Positions 1 through 15,406 of a stretch of 64,000 nucleotides of DNA are shown here, one piece after another. Source of the stretch: the human T2T-CHM13v2.0 reference genome, Homo sapiens; assembly GCF_009914755.1 (NCBI RefSeq), contig NC_060932.1; one strand, written 5' to 3'. How positions within the stretch are numbered: position 1 is the first letter of the stretch; every line of letters starts with the position of its first letter. A program made the translations under genes and the position numbers. The notes below the pieces were generated by a model, which was not told the DNA's origin, made no database searches, and was given only the letters and a program-made list of their open reading frames with translations.

Positions 1-352
<352 letters not shown>

Positions 353-1493
353 TAAGTAATTAAGTTTTGAGCCTATTTTTATGCAGTGGTAGATAATTAG
401 GATACTATCTCCAGTAAAAGCCTGGATCTTATCTTGTTTCTGTTTCTCGTTCTAGCATTGCTAATTTCCCCTCCACGGTTCCTCTAGCCTAATATCCTGG
501 TTCTGATAACTACAACCAATCTGAGAACTCCAAGAAAAGGCATATCTGTAATTTTTGACATTTTTGTTCAAGATCCTAGATTTCTAAGTAAACATTTTCA
601 AATCAAATAAACTTAATAAATAGCAAAAACTATTCTTTCTGTATTTTGAAGATATCAAGAATAAAATAATAGTTAATAACTTAAGGATTCCAGTTGTAAT
701 TGTCAGAGTTGCATTATTAATTACCATGCTAATATGCATCCCCAACTATAAAGATCCCACTTTAAAATTTAGCTTTATCCTCTAGTGAAATTTATTTTTT
801 AATGATTATTTTCCTGATTGGTATATCCTTGGTCCTCGTGCAACATTTAACCACTGCTTGCTTCTTTTCTGGCTCTTCTTTCTCCTCCTAATCACTCCCT
901 CAAGGTCCTCTCTAAATCAAGTCAGCATTACTTGATTTCATTCCCACAATTTCAATGATCACTTTTGTATGTACCTAGCAAATGGGTTCAATAATAGTTG
1001 CTGAATAACTAATACTGCCTGCTCAGCTCATCTTCAAGACCCAGCTCAAGTGGTCACTTTTGCATGAATACTGCCTTGTTCCTGCTATTAAATCTGGCCT
1101 CCCTTTATTTGAACTCGCATAGCTCTGTGTTTGTATTTTCTAAAAATTATCAAAATTTGCCTTGTATAGGAGGAGCTTGAGAATACACCTTTCCCTACAA
1201 ATTTCTAATCTTAAAGACAGGCTCTGTGTCCTTGGAGACTTCATCATGAACACTCACTTCTTCTTAGTCTTATTATTTAGTCATATTAATTTTATTTTTA
1301 TTTACATTATGATTTCCACTAACCCCTGGTTAGAAGAATGTTTCACAGAAATCATAATTTAGGCATTAACTGCAAGTCATCTTTACTAAGAAACTAGAGA
1401 ATAAGAACTTTTTCTACTTAGAAGTAACAGAATGCTGACCTTTACAGCATGTCATCCTGAAAGATTTTATCAGATGAGAAAGTAGACTGAGTC

Positions 1494-2002
<509 letters not shown>

Positions 2003-2090
2003 CTTGATAAAAAAAAATTGCTTCATTGTGCCATTTTGTCTTTTATTTATTTGGCACGACCCCAATTCCTTACTAAAGTTATCTCTGGGA

Positions 2091-2460
2091 GTAGAATGAT
2101 GGAGGCCAAAGGCTGAGAAGGGTAGCAGGGAAGGGGGCCAAGAAGGAGGGGATGGTTAAAGGGTACAAAAATACAATTTGATTACATGACTATGATCTAG
2201 TATTTGGTAGCACAAAAGTTTACCATAGTTCCATAGTTAACAGTAATTTAACATGTATCTTTTAAAATAATTGAAAGAGTGGAATTGGAATGTTTCTAAC
2301 ACAAAGAAATAACAAATACTTGAGGTAATATATACTACAATTACCCTGATTTGATCATTCCAAATTGTATAACTGCATCAAAATATCACAGGTACCCCAC
2401 AAATATATACAACTATTATGTATCCATAATAATTAAAAATAACAAATTTTCAAAATTAAA
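2091..2460 (+). mobile_element. 5'-truncated L1 3' end (L1MA-like)
   Basis: L1MA 3'UTR motifs (gggtacaaaaataca, gaattggaatgtttctaacacaaagaaa); 16-bp TSD aaagtta(t/c)ctctggga at 2075-2090 and 2461-2476. Confidence 0.85.
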
Positions 2461-2832
2461 AAAGTTACCTCTGGGAAAATAAAGGAAGTGTTTTCTTAAA
2501 TCTACACTAATTAGGATGCATACCCTTTTAAAATTAATATATAGCCAACAATGTAGGATTTTAGAAAACAAAGACAATTATCACTGATTTCCCCCTTTCT
2601 CTTTTTCATTAGAAGGTAAAATCATGGAGTAAGATAGTAAGAAAGGGAACTATGGCATGCATCATTTGATTACTCAAAGTACCAAACACCAAGATTGGTA
2701 GAATAGACAAGTCAATAAATGTATCACACTGTATGTAAGAAGAGATGGATAGAGGGCAAAGATGAGAACGTCCATTTTGGAGATGGAAAATGTGAGAACT
2801 GCACGATATTTAGGTAGACATATTAACGTAGC

Positions 2833-3032
2833 ATGGTAGGCCCAACTGGTAGTGACCTTGAAAACTTTCATGAAGGGCTTAAAATGCTGTAAATTAGCGA
2901 CACAAGATAGAGAAAACAAAGGCTTCTCTGTATTCAATAGAAAAAAATGTCTCAACACCATGAGAATTCCAGTGGACAAAAAATGAATTCGGAAAGAAGA
3001 CTTGAATCCCATATTAATAATTAGCTTTCAGG
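2833..3032 (-). repeat. Right arm of inverted duplication
   Basis: Reverse complement matches 1494-1578 plus 1890-2002; ORFs 2674..3012(-) and 1910..2116(+) share HFK.FMK.FKVTT..AYH. Confidence 0.85.
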
Positions 3033-3859
3033 ATTTTAAGGCTTGAAGATAGGAAGCTTGGGCTATACGTGCTAATACAAAAGTCATCAATGTAAAAATT
3101 ATATTTAAAAAAATTATATTTTAAGGTCTCAGAATGGGTGATTATATCCAGGGAAAACCTGTAGCAGAAGAAAAGAAATGTTGGAGGAATGATTTTATTT
3201 GATACCTGCCTGTATGCTTTAGTAGGGATGGAAAATAGAATTCTGTCTCAATACAGAATATGATTCACTCAAGACCAAAGAAGTAATGAATGCTATACAT
3301 ATAGAATAATTAGATGCATGCAAATATTTTCCCAGCTTACAACAGAAATAGTCCATAGATTATCTACGCAAACAAAATGGAGCATAGCTAGAGGGAAAGT
3401 AGTAAGGCAGTGTGTTTGTGATATTTGTGAAGGAATGAATGGGAGAATGTTAAATTTTGTGCCTGGAATCTAGAGGCCTACATGATCAAGTCTGTTTGTC
3501 AAAGCTTTCTTCTTTTCTTTTTTCCCTTGCCCACTCTCCTTAAAATGTCTTTCAACAACTGAATTGTAAGAGTTGGTCCCTCCTCTTCTGTACTAGTTTT
3601 CTATCCTATCCAGCTGCTAACCATTATGTCAAGCTTCTAAGAAATACAACAAAATTAATATTCCATCCAAACACACTTGCTCTATTTCTTATCACACTCT
3701 CTGTCCTCAAACCCTGCTGGGGTAAGCATGACTTGTAATGAGAAGGACCTTTTTACCCATCCTCACTTTGCTATTATGGCAAAGCCAGATTTCTCTTAGG
3801 GTCCAGGACCACAAGACTGTGAACACTCACATCTCACACATTACTATTTTTTGTTCTCA

Positions 3860-4370
3860 AATATTCACAACTCCAGACTGTGGGAAACATTTATGAGACA
3901 AATGACCTGGTTTCTTCTACAAACAAGTTTCAAGGAGGGAGAGAAGAGGGACAGAGATAAAGAAGAACTTACCAATTGAGAAAGATTAAAAAAACAGCAA
4001 CCACTCATAATGCACAGGTCATGTCTGAATTTTGATTCTACTTTTGGAAAAAAAAAACACATTCATATTTATAAGATATATGAGATCATTGGACATTAGA
4101 ATACTGACTGGATAATTGATGATACTAAAAAATGTGAATTCTATTTGTGATCATGGTATTGTGGTTGTTTTTAAAAACATTAACTTTTAGAGATATCGAC
4201 TAAAATATTTTCAGATCCAATTATATTGTCAGGCATTTGCTTCAAAATAGTATGGGATTGGTGGAAGTGACCACAAATTGATTGTTATTGAAGTTGGAAA
4301 ATGGTACCTAAAAGTTTCTTATATTCCTCTGTCTTTTTGTGTTTGTGGTCTAATTTCTCTTTAATAAAAG
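3860..4370 (+). mobile_element. Old L1 3'UTR fragment (L1MC/ME-like)
   Basis: gaatactgactggataattgatgata...gtgatcatggtattgtggtt motifs. Confidence 0.6.
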
Positions 4371-5659
4371 ATAGATCTGATAGATAGAGAGATGGATAGA
4401 TAGATAAGTAGATAAGAGGGAGAATCTCAGAATAGACAATACATAAACCTAAAAACGTACAATTGGGAGATGGCATAGTGAGGGCTGCATGAGTAGGCCT
4501 TGGGAAAACAATCATAGAAACTCTATGGTTTCTGAAAGTCTAAATAGTGTCATGCACTTCAATGATCCACCTGCATAATTTCTTTTTGGTATTAGAACCT
4601 ACATTTCAGACCTATTACACAATTCTTACAAAGATTCTAAAGTGCACCATGACTTTTCAGATTTGGCCGACACCCCGCTGCCCACTTTGTATATCCACTC
4701 AAGAAAATTTCCTGATTACAGCCTCTGTTGACCCAGCAGCTTAATTTAGAATGGAAAGGTAAAGAAGATTTTTTTAGATATATCTGTGGCACCTTTCTAT
4801 TAGCCACCCATACCATGAGCCATATGTAAAATGACCTGCCTTTCCTGTCTTTCATGAAGTATGTAATTGAGTTTTCACCTCTTCTCCATATTTAGTAAGA
4901 TCTGTGCATGAAAAGGAGGCCATAGGCTAAATTACATTTAACCATCTCAATTGAAGTTGTCTCAGGAAAAGTAAAAATTTTTTATTCATTATGACTGACT
5001 CTTTTATGAAAAACCTTAAGTTCAGATTCTAATATCTTAAAAATATTCCCAGTTTTATTAATCTAAACTTGTTAACTTCATTTTTAATGGCTCTACCACA
5101 AGTCTTCTTCATAAATCGTTTTCATTTAGACAAAAATTGCCAATTTCCAACTCTGTAGAACTGACTGTGGACTTTAGTTACTGACCTTACATAACTCTCA
5201 TACTAAAAGCAAATGTGTTTTCCTTTAACTTGGAGTTCCCCTTGTACAAACGTCTTCACCTGAAAACAAATGTAATTTCTTATTTATTCAGCTTTATTAT
5301 TCTTCAGAACGTGTTAGAAGTTCAGGCTGGAGGCTAACATGTTCAAGTTTAGGAAGTGGATTATTTCAAATCTTACAAAACAAATGGATTCTTGAAGAAG
5401 ACGAATGTATAATACAACACGGTAGGGAACCTAGGCCAGGGATAGAAAGATCAGAGGGATCTTATGTAGAGGACATCTGCCTTTTTTTCTTCCTTGTCGA
5501 ACATCTGAACCTCTTTTCCATGTTTGGGAAATTTTCTGAACCTGAGTTTTGGTAGGAATCAGAGCATATCTTTCACTAAAAAAGCCCACAAAGGCCAGTT
5601 CATTGTTTTCCAAGCCCCTGAGACAGCTGCTGTGCAGATGTGGATCTAGGCTCAGTTAA

Positions 5660-6890
5660 CCAAATGCACATGCCATGGATCTGGAGTCTGGAGCTAATAA
5701 CATAAAAAAGCAGTGACTCCAGGGAATTATTTCTGTTGCAAAAGCAGCAGCAGCAACATCAAGAGTCCAGAGGCAGGATTGGCAGTGTTGCCATGGTGAC
5801 AGGCAGAGCCCATGATAGCGTGGGTGCAAGCTGCAGCATTCATGTCTGGTGGCTGCATTACTAGTCATCTCACTGGACTGCTTCTCAGAACTAATTTTGT
5901 TTATTTGTTTTGCTTTTCTATTTTTGGTTGTGCAGTTACCTTTTAAACTTGCCATTCTCCAGGTGCTTCCTTATCTTTGCCAAAATTCTTCAAGTTACCC
6001 AATATTTGTTCAATATATTATTTTTCAGCTTAATTCAGCCAAAGTCAGCTTCTGTTGCTGGTAGGGAAAAACTCTGACTTTATAGAAAATGGTACCAGGA
6101 GTGACTGTAGCACAAAACCTCCAGGAAATCTGAGGGATAGGGAGCATCTAAGGAATAGGAAACTGGTAGTCCATGGCCTACCATAACAAAACAGCTAATG
6201 AAATTATCATCCAAGTTCCCTTGGAATGAATGAACTACACAACAAAGGCAATATCTTGGGGGTTCATGTCAGCAAGGCCAAATGAAGGGCATAAGGTATT
6301 GAATGGCTTCAGGGCAAGATAAAGTGAGGGCTTTTAATAGCACTTGTCAGCTGAAAGGGCAAATGAAACACTCAAACCTCAAATCCTTGTCTCAAGGCAT
6401 GGACTCAAATCCATAGTCCTGGCACATCACCTCCTCCTCCACCCATAGCTATGTGGTTTATGAATGACTCTGCTCAGTGTGCTACTATAAGCTGGAAGTG
6501 GACAGCTGCAGAGTCACATCCTCTGACTTAAAAAGCAGTGGATAAAGAAAGTCTAATCAGTAGACAAAACCTTGGGAAGTAGATGTCACTGTCCTCTTTG
6601 CCTCTAAAGAGGTAGCCTAAAATCAAGATGTATACCAATTTGTGAAGATCTAATGGTGTTACTTGATGGTCAGGAATTTGGGGGATGGGAGTAGGGAAAG
6701 AGAGAGGATTTGTGACAAAGTTTGGGAAAAAGTTATGAGCACATCCAGCCTATGAAGATGGGTGTTTATCATGTGAATTCTCACCAAAGGCCTCCACTCT
6801 GGAAAAAGTGTTTCATAATTAGGAGAAAGTTGAATCCCTCTGGATCCTTCCCCAGTTGCCCCAGTGTTTGCTTGGTGGGCTCAGGCACAA
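5660..6890 (+). mobile_element. ERVL remnant: LTR plus internal gag and RNase H fragments
   Basis: LTR end cagccaaagtcagcttctgttgct, internal start aatggtaccaggagtg, degenerate ERVL RNase H (HVNSHQ at ~6769-6786). Confidence 0.65.
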
Positions 6891-7099
6891 AATGATCAGA
6901 GTAGCTGATAACTATTGCAGTGTAACCATCCATTCCAAAACTTGGTGGTTTAAAGCTATGGACAAGGGAAAAACTGAGGGAATCACAACATGTGCACTTG
7001 CTGTGGTATTTCAGGGTCCTTCCTCCTGGGGTCAGGTCTTTCATTCAGTCAGTAGATCCCAGGTCTAACACCACCTCAGATCTATGCATGAGATTGTAA

Positions 7100-9010
7100 G
7101 TTTTATGGAGGGCAACTGCCCTCAACTGCCCATTCATTCGTGATTTCTTTTAATTGCACGGTTTTGGTAGTACTTTTACTAGTTACCAGTTGACTAAGGA
7201 CAGCATGTTCTGTCAACCACAGAGTCAGGCCACACCTTGCCCCGTTTCCAAATTTGCCATTCATTAAAATGTGTCTACCTGACTTTTTATTAAGTGCTGT
7301 CAATGGACTCTGTTGTCTCAGGGATCTCTGCATCTCCACTGCAATAGTGAGCCAGTTTTGTACTGGCAAGTCTCGCCATTAGCCCTTGCCTACTGAGGAT
7401 GGCCACCTTGAACGTTGTACTGATGTTGATGCCCCTTGCCCAGTACATTTTCCATTGTTTTGGTGAGTGACATATCCCCCTGGCTTTTCTATGGAACATA
7501 GTCATATGATGGAACTTCTAGCCTTGCATAATATATTCATAGTGCATTCATCCTATCATGTCCACATCTCTGAGCCTTTTAATCTCTTCTTACACTATAT
7601 GTCATGGAAATTCTGGCATTTCTTCCCTATGTGTCATCTATCACTTTCTGCTTATCCTCACCATCTCCCCAAGTCTTTCTCAGGGTGTTAAGTCACATAT
7701 CCTAAGCGAGATTTAAATATACTCTTCTCTATCCAACCATTATGTCATGCCCAACCTGATCAAGCACCCCCCAGATCCAACACCATATGAACCTTCCAAC
7801 TCCTCCAGGCACATGATAGCAAGATCTTTCCTCACTTGTCAGACCCAGCATATTACTAGATGAGGTTATAACTCAGCCCTAGTTGTTCTCCTAGTAGACA
7901 GAAGGGAGTTAAGGGTAGATCCTAGGAAAATGAGTGAATATATATTGTCTTGGGAGGGCGAGGCCTCTGCATCATTTTCAAATGGAGGGAGGTACCTACT
8001 TAGGAAAAGTTAGGAAAGTAGTTAGTAGTTAGGAAAAGTAACCCTTTTTGAAAGTTCAGAGGACTCAAGAGGATCTAGGAATTCAAGATTTTTAGGGCAC
8101 CAACCCCATCCCATGAGTCAAGTTCCCAGTTTATTTCAATCAGAGCCCTGATGTTGGCATAGTAGACCTTCAATGGTAGGATTTAGATATTTTAGGGGGT
8201 TCAACTATTCTTTGGTCCTGGCCCTGGTCCTCAGTTTCTCTCCCCTCCTGCTGCAGAAGATTAGTCTCTTTTATGCTACAAAGGAGGCCCTCTGGCTTTC
8301 AAGCTTAGCTTTTGAACAAAGGCTACAATTCATCTTTTTGTGGTATTTTTCCAGAGCATCAATCAAGCTTAACAAGAGCCACCCAACTCTATCCTCCTTA
8401 CAGTTACTATTTTTCCTATATTGCTCAAACACTGGAAACATCATACCATCCAGTGCATTCCCTTCTACCTATCTGCCATCCCTGTTCTCTGCAGTTTATA
8501 CTGTTTGTTATCTTGTGCCGAGGCTCTTTGTGCTGTACCTACCACCAGTGATGGGGTCCTTACTGCCTGCAAGGCAGCTGTGTAATCTGGCTCCAAATGC
8601 TATCCGTGTGTGTACTCTCTTGGTCCACTACTGCCACCACCTCTCATGAATTGGGCTCCCTGAGAAGCAGATTCTCAGATAGAAATTTGCCTTCAGGAGG
8701 TTTAGGGAGTGCTCTTGGAGTCAGTTCCTGCAGAAAGAAAGCAGATTGGGCAGAGGAAAAAGTGGAGCAACAATGAAGCCTCAGCTAAAGCCTCAGCCAA
8801 CTCCAAGGGAAATCCCAAAGAAAGAATAACCCTTCACAGTAGTCTCAGTGGGGTAGAAAAACTGTCTCCCCACCAAACTTGCTAAGGGTGCTGTCTTCAG
8901 CTGAGGCCACATCCAAAGGGGGTTGACAGCTGATGTTGCCTGCCATTACTCCAAGAAACTAGGTGAGTAAGTTCTTCATGTCATGTTCTGCACAGTCCAC
9001 CAAAGCATCC
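7100..9010 (-). mobile_element. ERVL remnant: LTR16-like LTR (~8645-9010) plus ERV3-16A3-like internal gag region
   Basis: LTR16-like aagcagattctcagatagaaatt...gattgggcagagg...gcctcagccaactcc; PBS-like tggtggcagtagtgg on the minus strand next to the LTR. Confidence 0.65.
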
Positions 9011-10081
9011 ACGAAAAGGTATATGCCTCATACTGGGAACGGGGAGAGTAAAACAGAGCCAGATAACCTCTGGGCACCTCCAGTACTGCCATGAATACTG
9101 GAAAAAAATAATGAAAGACTAGAGAAACCGCATATTGACTAGACTATATCAAAACAATTTTAGCTAGCTAATGTGAGTTTCCAGATGATGTTATTTACTC
9201 AGGCTGCTGACAAAATCTACTGTGCAAAGGTATTTTCATAGAAGTACATAGAAGGAGCAATTATGCTGGTCTTAGTGTAGCCATGGAAGACTTCTCATTC
9301 AGGATTTAGATAGACAAAGGAAGAGCAAAGCATTTTAAGCAGCAATACAGCACCCCAACACAAAGAAATATGTCACGTTCCATGCACTGCAAAGCATTCG
9401 ATATTGAAGTTTTCTTTGCATCAGAAATAAAGGTTTGGAAGGTTAAAACTACAAATGTATTTCCTTTGCACCACGACAAATCAATCAGGAAGTATGAAGT
9501 AGCTACATCACTTGAGTTGCTGCAGATCTTTTGAATAATGACTGCAGTAAATATAAATCAATGTGATCTCAGTGAAGAAATTCCCATTAGACCTTGGATT
9601 TATTTGCTGGTATGTTTTCAACCATGACTTTAAATCCATCATAACTACCTTTTCTTGTTTGTCCATTCCTTTAACATGTTCAACATCTAAATCCAAAAGA
9701 TCTCAGTTAAGAGGGAAAAAATGCTACATCATTTCTGTGTGCTTTACCCTGATCATGGTTCAATTTAAGATATGTCTCTCATTGACCTAGGCTTCTATCC
9801 TCAGGCCATTATTTCTCTCAGTTCTGTATATTGTCTTTTCTCAACAGGGAGTCCGATGTAGAATTCTCCCTTATTAATCATTCTATTGCTAGCTAATGTG
9901 TCTGCTCAGATTCACAGGAGTGCTCAAGCTGGTCACAGTGGTGACGCAATGGCTTTTGGTGAATAATTTCAGGCTCCCTGGGAGGGCATTGCATGACCTC
10001 ACATGCCATCTGCCAGGCCATCTGTGTCTTACTCTGGATCCTAAATAAAACCAATAGTTCCTACTAACTTATTACATGTGT

Positions 10082-10230
10082 CATTCTTTCAGCAAGCATT
10101 TATTGAGTGCCTACTATGTGAAAGGCAATCTACAAGGTGATGTGGGTTAAAAAGTTACACAGAGAAGAGCAATAGGAAAGCAAGTAACTATGAAACAACT
10201 TCATAAGTGATACAGAGATGTATGTGCAAA
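10082..10230 (-). mobile_element. L2 3' end fragment
   Basis: cattctttcagcaagcatttattgagtgcctactatgtg. Confidence 0.7.
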
Positions 10231-10729
10231 TTCTAAAGGAAGAATTTACACATTGGCAAGAATGTGCATAAGGCTTTTCTTCATGTTAAAGTGTGTACAA
10301 ACAAACATTTCATCCAGCTTTTCAAAAATCAAGAAAAGGCATATATATATATATACATATATATACACTCACGCGCACACAATTAATGGTAGTGCTATGT
10401 GTTTTAAATTGCATTTAGTCAGGTAATTAAATTGGTGATAAAATGAATGAAGCTGGCACTGCTTTCAGCTAGTGAAGCATTACCTATTACTCATCTTTGA
10501 ATGAGCAGACACCCAGGGAGAAAAAGATAGATGGGCTTGGTAGGGGAGGGTGAGAATCTTAAGAGAAGCAATGCTTCTTCTTACACTTGCAGCCATTAAT
10601 ATTACTGTATGTTCTCTCTAATCCTATGTGTTATGCTATATTTATATTTAAATAGTTTCCACCAGCATGTACAAATGGCAAGAATGCTCTTGAAGCCCTC
10701 TTTACTATGCTGATTAATATTTATATAAT

Positions 10730-11430
10730 CCTATATTTATGGAACACTTACTATGTGCCAGACATTGTGCAGTATTTCAGAGCTAATCTCATTAAAGTTT
10801 CGCAGGATCTCTTTGATGTAGCTATTAATATTCTCATGTACATGAGTAAACTGAGGCACAGAGACTTAATAATGCAGCAACTGGGGACCCAACAAGAAAC
10901 AGATGATATATTCAAAAGGAACAATATATAAGGATAGAAATTAGGAAAAAGGAAACTTATAAGAGGCAGTGTAACATGAAAAGAAAATACAATAATGTCA
11001 ACCAGAATGTGCAACCACAGGGAGCCACTTCCACATGTAGGCCCAAAGGAGAAAGGGGAGAGATGGATGTTACTAGAGCCACAGGAAGGTTTGAGAGAAG
11101 AAACAGCATCTTAAAGAAGGCTGCAGAAGGATGCAGCCACTGATAGAACCAACAGAGAATAAGAAAGTCTACTGAAGGAGCAAATAACCTCACCTCTCTT
11201 CTCCCTCTCCTCCCATCCTCCAATCTCCTGCAGATGCCTCCACTAACCAATGCTCCCCAGTGACAGCAGGCAAGGGAGTCCAGTTGTTGATGCACAATGG
11301 AAATGTAGTACAAAGAGAGGACAGAGGGTGAGGGAGTTCAGAGGAGCAAACAGAGAAAAGCGAGTCCAAATAACTTGCCCAAATTCTCACAGCTAGTAAG
11401 AGACAGTGCCAACAAACTCTGTGAACTGTT
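10730..11430 (-). mobile_element. MIR interrupted by an ERVL LTR (LTR33-like, ~10870-11370)
   Basis: MIR core stops at aaactgaggcacagaga and resumes at taacttgcccaaattctcacagctagtaag; intervening LTR33-type sequence. Confidence 0.6.
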
Positions 11431-11474
11431 TCCAATGTGACAAGTTGTTTTTTCTATAACTTATAGAAATAACT

Positions 11475-11731
<257 letters not shown>

Positions 11732-11988
11732 ATATATATATATATATTTTTATATATAGTAATAAATATTTCAGAAATTACACACTCTACAAAACCAAAA
11801 TATAACTTTTTTAAAAATGATATTCCATATAAAATCAAAACATTTTGGCTCATAAAAGAATTTTTCTCAATCAGAGCTATTCAAAGGCTACCTTGATATG
11901 TTATTGAGATCCTTCAATGAAGGCATTCAATCTAGTAGCCACTCAATCAATATTTTGTGAATTACTGTATGAATAAATAAATGACCAT

Positions 11989-12350
11989 TTGCTATAATCT
12001 GAAAGTTTGTGTCCCCCCAAAAATTCACATGTTGAAATTCAAAGCCTCAAGGTGCTGGTGTTAGGAGATGAGCCTTTAGAGGGGATTAGGTCATGAAGGC
12101 AGGGGCCTCATGAGTGTGGTTAGTGCCCTTACAAAAGGAACCTAGGAGAGCTCCCTTGCTTCTTATACCATGTGAGGACAGAGTCTATGTCTATAAACCA
12201 AAAAGTGGGTCCTTTATAGACACTGAATTTTCTGTTGCCTTGATCATCATGGACTTCCCAGCCTCTAGAAGGGTGAGAAATAAGTTTCTGTAGTTGATAA
12301 GCTACCCAGATTGTGGTATTCTGCCATTATAGCCCAAATGGACTAAGACA
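11989..12350 (+). mobile_element. MaLR solo LTR (MLT1A-like)
   Basis: tgctataatctgaaagtttgtgtcccccc...gcccaaatggactaagaca termini. Confidence 0.85.
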
Positions 12351-13329
12351 ACATTTATTTGGGTTCTTAATAGAAGACAATTTCTATACTTCTGAGATTT
12401 TTTTAAAAAAATTGATGAACCCTGAAGATTCTTTCTGACTACTAAGATTCTATGATTCCCATAAACATTCAATATGTTCCTCAGACCTCTCAGTTACAAA
12501 CAAGGATAGCTTTAAGGAACTAGTTGTACAGGATGCTTAAGCAGTCATATGACTAGAAATATTACATTCCCAAGGGGGAAAATCATAAAGGATCACTCTC
12601 TGTCAGAAAAGTATTCAGCTGCTGGCAACAGAAATGTCTGAGCAGAGATGATTAAACAAATGGCCGCTGAGTGTTTGCAAGGCAGTTGTTGTCAGTGCTG
12701 ATGCCTTTGCAGTTCCCCAGGGGCTTTTGCTCATGCCTGGCTGTACATTAGCCGCTGCAGCTCCATCATCAGCTTTCATGACTAAGTCCTTTAGAAGGAG
12801 GAAGTAGCAATGCCTGCATCAGGAAAGCAAAGGCTTTCCCTGGAACCTTAGCACAGGACTCTGCTTCTATTTCATGACAACCCAGAGGGCAGTGGGGGAG
12901 CAGAGTGTTGAAATGGAGGTGGGTCAGTGAACCAGAAGTGTCTGCCTCAGCTTCCCTAGAAATATCAGTTGTAAAATATGGTCCTCCAGCAGTAGATGTT
13001 TGCATCTGCCGATTAAGAAAGAAGGCAACCAGCAGCCTTCTCACGTTCAGGTTCAGGTCCTTGTGGGTGTGCTATGTTTGTTAACATTTCCTCTAAAGAC
13101 AAGAGTCCAGGGAGTATTAGCTCCCAGCCATCTCTGTGATTGGTATTGCTGTGTCAGGTGAGCGTGGTGAGTTCCTGTGAATGAATTTTGAAAGTGAGTG
13201 CAACACTTCAAATCAACCTTATCTCCTTAGCAGTGGAAAATGGAATTAATCAAACAGGAAGCATCAAAATCATGCTATCTTTAATTTGGAGGGGAAAATT
13301 ATGAATGTATTTAAACTCCCAACTGGATG

Positions 13330-14060
13330 GAATACCTGACAAGCTTTATTCAGTGTCTGCCTTAATAGGTCTAATGGCAGGGAACTTACTATCTCACAAA
13401 GCTAAATCACTATTTTGTTGGAATACTCCTTAAAACACTTTTTATATGGAACTGAACCTGGCAGCCTCTTAAATTCTAACTATTGACCCTAGGTATTTTT
13501 TCCAGAGTTAAGTTAGATAAATCCCTATGTCATGTGATGTCACACAAATATTTGAAGTTATTGTCCATGTTCCCACTTTGGCCACTTCATCTTGTTTTCA
13601 AAGTAGTTGTCATTTAGCAATGTGTACCCTGATATACTATGTTTTGACAGCATACTTCTTAAATTAAAAAAAAAATGTACTGGCATCCAGAAGGAAGGGT
13701 ACTCTACAGATATGATAAGAACATAGTCTGATTCTTTTTATTTTTATATTTCTGTTTTTGAGACCCAAGATTACATTAGTTACCCAAACTCTTGTTCGAT
13801 TTGTACAATGTCAGTTGCAGAGCCCTGTGTCCTGACTCCAGATGCCTTCCTTAAAGATGACTCAATCCTTCAATTATTTCATGTGTGCTATGTTCAAAGC
13901 ACTTAGGGATTTTTTTTCCAACTCCTCAAACTTATCTACTTATATAATCATCTATCCCAATGCTGCTCTATCTGAGTGTATTTATACCATCAAACATCTT
14001 GTCACAAGTCTTGCTGAAATCCATTATACTATATTAATATATTTTCCTATAAGTAGGCAA
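13330..14060 (-). mobile_element. L3/CR1 fragments (ancient LINE)
   Basis: Degenerate CR1-like motifs (ggaacttactatctc, cttgctgaaatcca). Confidence 0.4.
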
Positions 14061-14339
14061 TTTTTTAATGAATGAGGAAACAAAGTTTGGATATTTTTGT
14101 GGAAACTATATAAAATCCATTAATCTACACAGATTCTAGAAACTTCATCAAGATAGCTGATTAGAACCTTGTGATTAAATATACTATCAAGATTATTAGA
14201 TATTTAAACAAGAAAAACCTGACATCCTTAGCTGGAAAATTAAAAGGAACTATCCTGAATATATTCCCTTTTATTTTTTTCAGAAAGTATCAATATAGGC
14301 AAAGTAAAAAGAGTTTTAGCACATTAGGATGTAGCAGGT

Positions 14340-14641
14340 AGCCTGGGCACAGTGGCTTATGCCTATAATCCCAGAACTTTAGGAGGCTGAGGCAGGTGGA
14401 TCGCTTGAGCCAAGAAGTTCAAGACCAGCCTAGGCCACATGGCAAAACCCTATCTCTACAAAAATACAAAAATTAGCCAGCTGTAGTGGCACTCCTCTGT
14501 AGTCCCAGGTACTCAGGAGGCTAAGGTAGGAGGATTGCTTGAGCCCAGGAGGTGGAGGGTTACAGTGAGTCAGATTATGCCACTACTCTCCAGCCCGGGC
14601 AACACAGCAAGACTCTGTTTCAGAAAAAAAAAAAAAAAAAA
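14340..14641 (+). mobile_element. AluJ
   Basis: gcttgagcc in both monomers, poly-A tail. Confidence 0.9.
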
Positions 14642-15406
14642 GGAAGGAAAAGAAGATAGCAGGCATGGCATATGAAGATGAAGATTACAAGGCTTTGTTC
14701 CTAATGTGAAAAGTATTTCTTTAAATACAGAGAGCAATCACTTTGATGATCATGATACACAGGGCATATAAAAGAAAAAGAACAGACAGTAGAGAGAACA
14801 AATAAATTATCTGTCAACATTTTTAAAGAGAAACTTATTAAAAGTTTTCGCACTCCCAAATTGGCTTTCGAAGTGTACAGGTTGAATGTACTTGAGCAAA
14901 CGCTGGCAAATGTTCAGGCATTCTGAAAATTATAAACTAACTAAATGTATTAGATCTGTGAGACCATATGGTAGCTATGGAAAATTTTAAATTAACCCAA
15001 GGATGAAATTGTTGAACTGTTAGCCAAAATGGAAAATCCTTTTTTTATAAGCACAATGATGCTGGAGGATGAGAGTTTACCAGTGAGACCTTGAACATGA
15101 GAAGAGTCCCACAGGAAACTATGGAAATTATGGCCAATGAGTCATTTCAGAGGTTGGGCCACAGTACACATTACACTTTCTAACCTAAGACAATCTGATT
15201 TCTGAAGAGGAAATCATGCTGGCCTAACAAGTACATGAATAGAGAGAACAAAGGAAATAAACTCATTCCTCTGTAAACATTTACTGTGTCCTTGCTATGT
15301 GTCAAGTACTGGGCTAGATGCCAGGAATAAAGATACATTTCAAAATATTCCCAAACTCAGGGACCTCAATCTAATATCTGGGGAAAGAAACAAACTGTAC
15401 ATGATT

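Noticed and set aside
8173-8649. 158-aa hydrophobic ORF
   Set aside because: Antisense to a decayed ERVL internal region; no recognisable domain.
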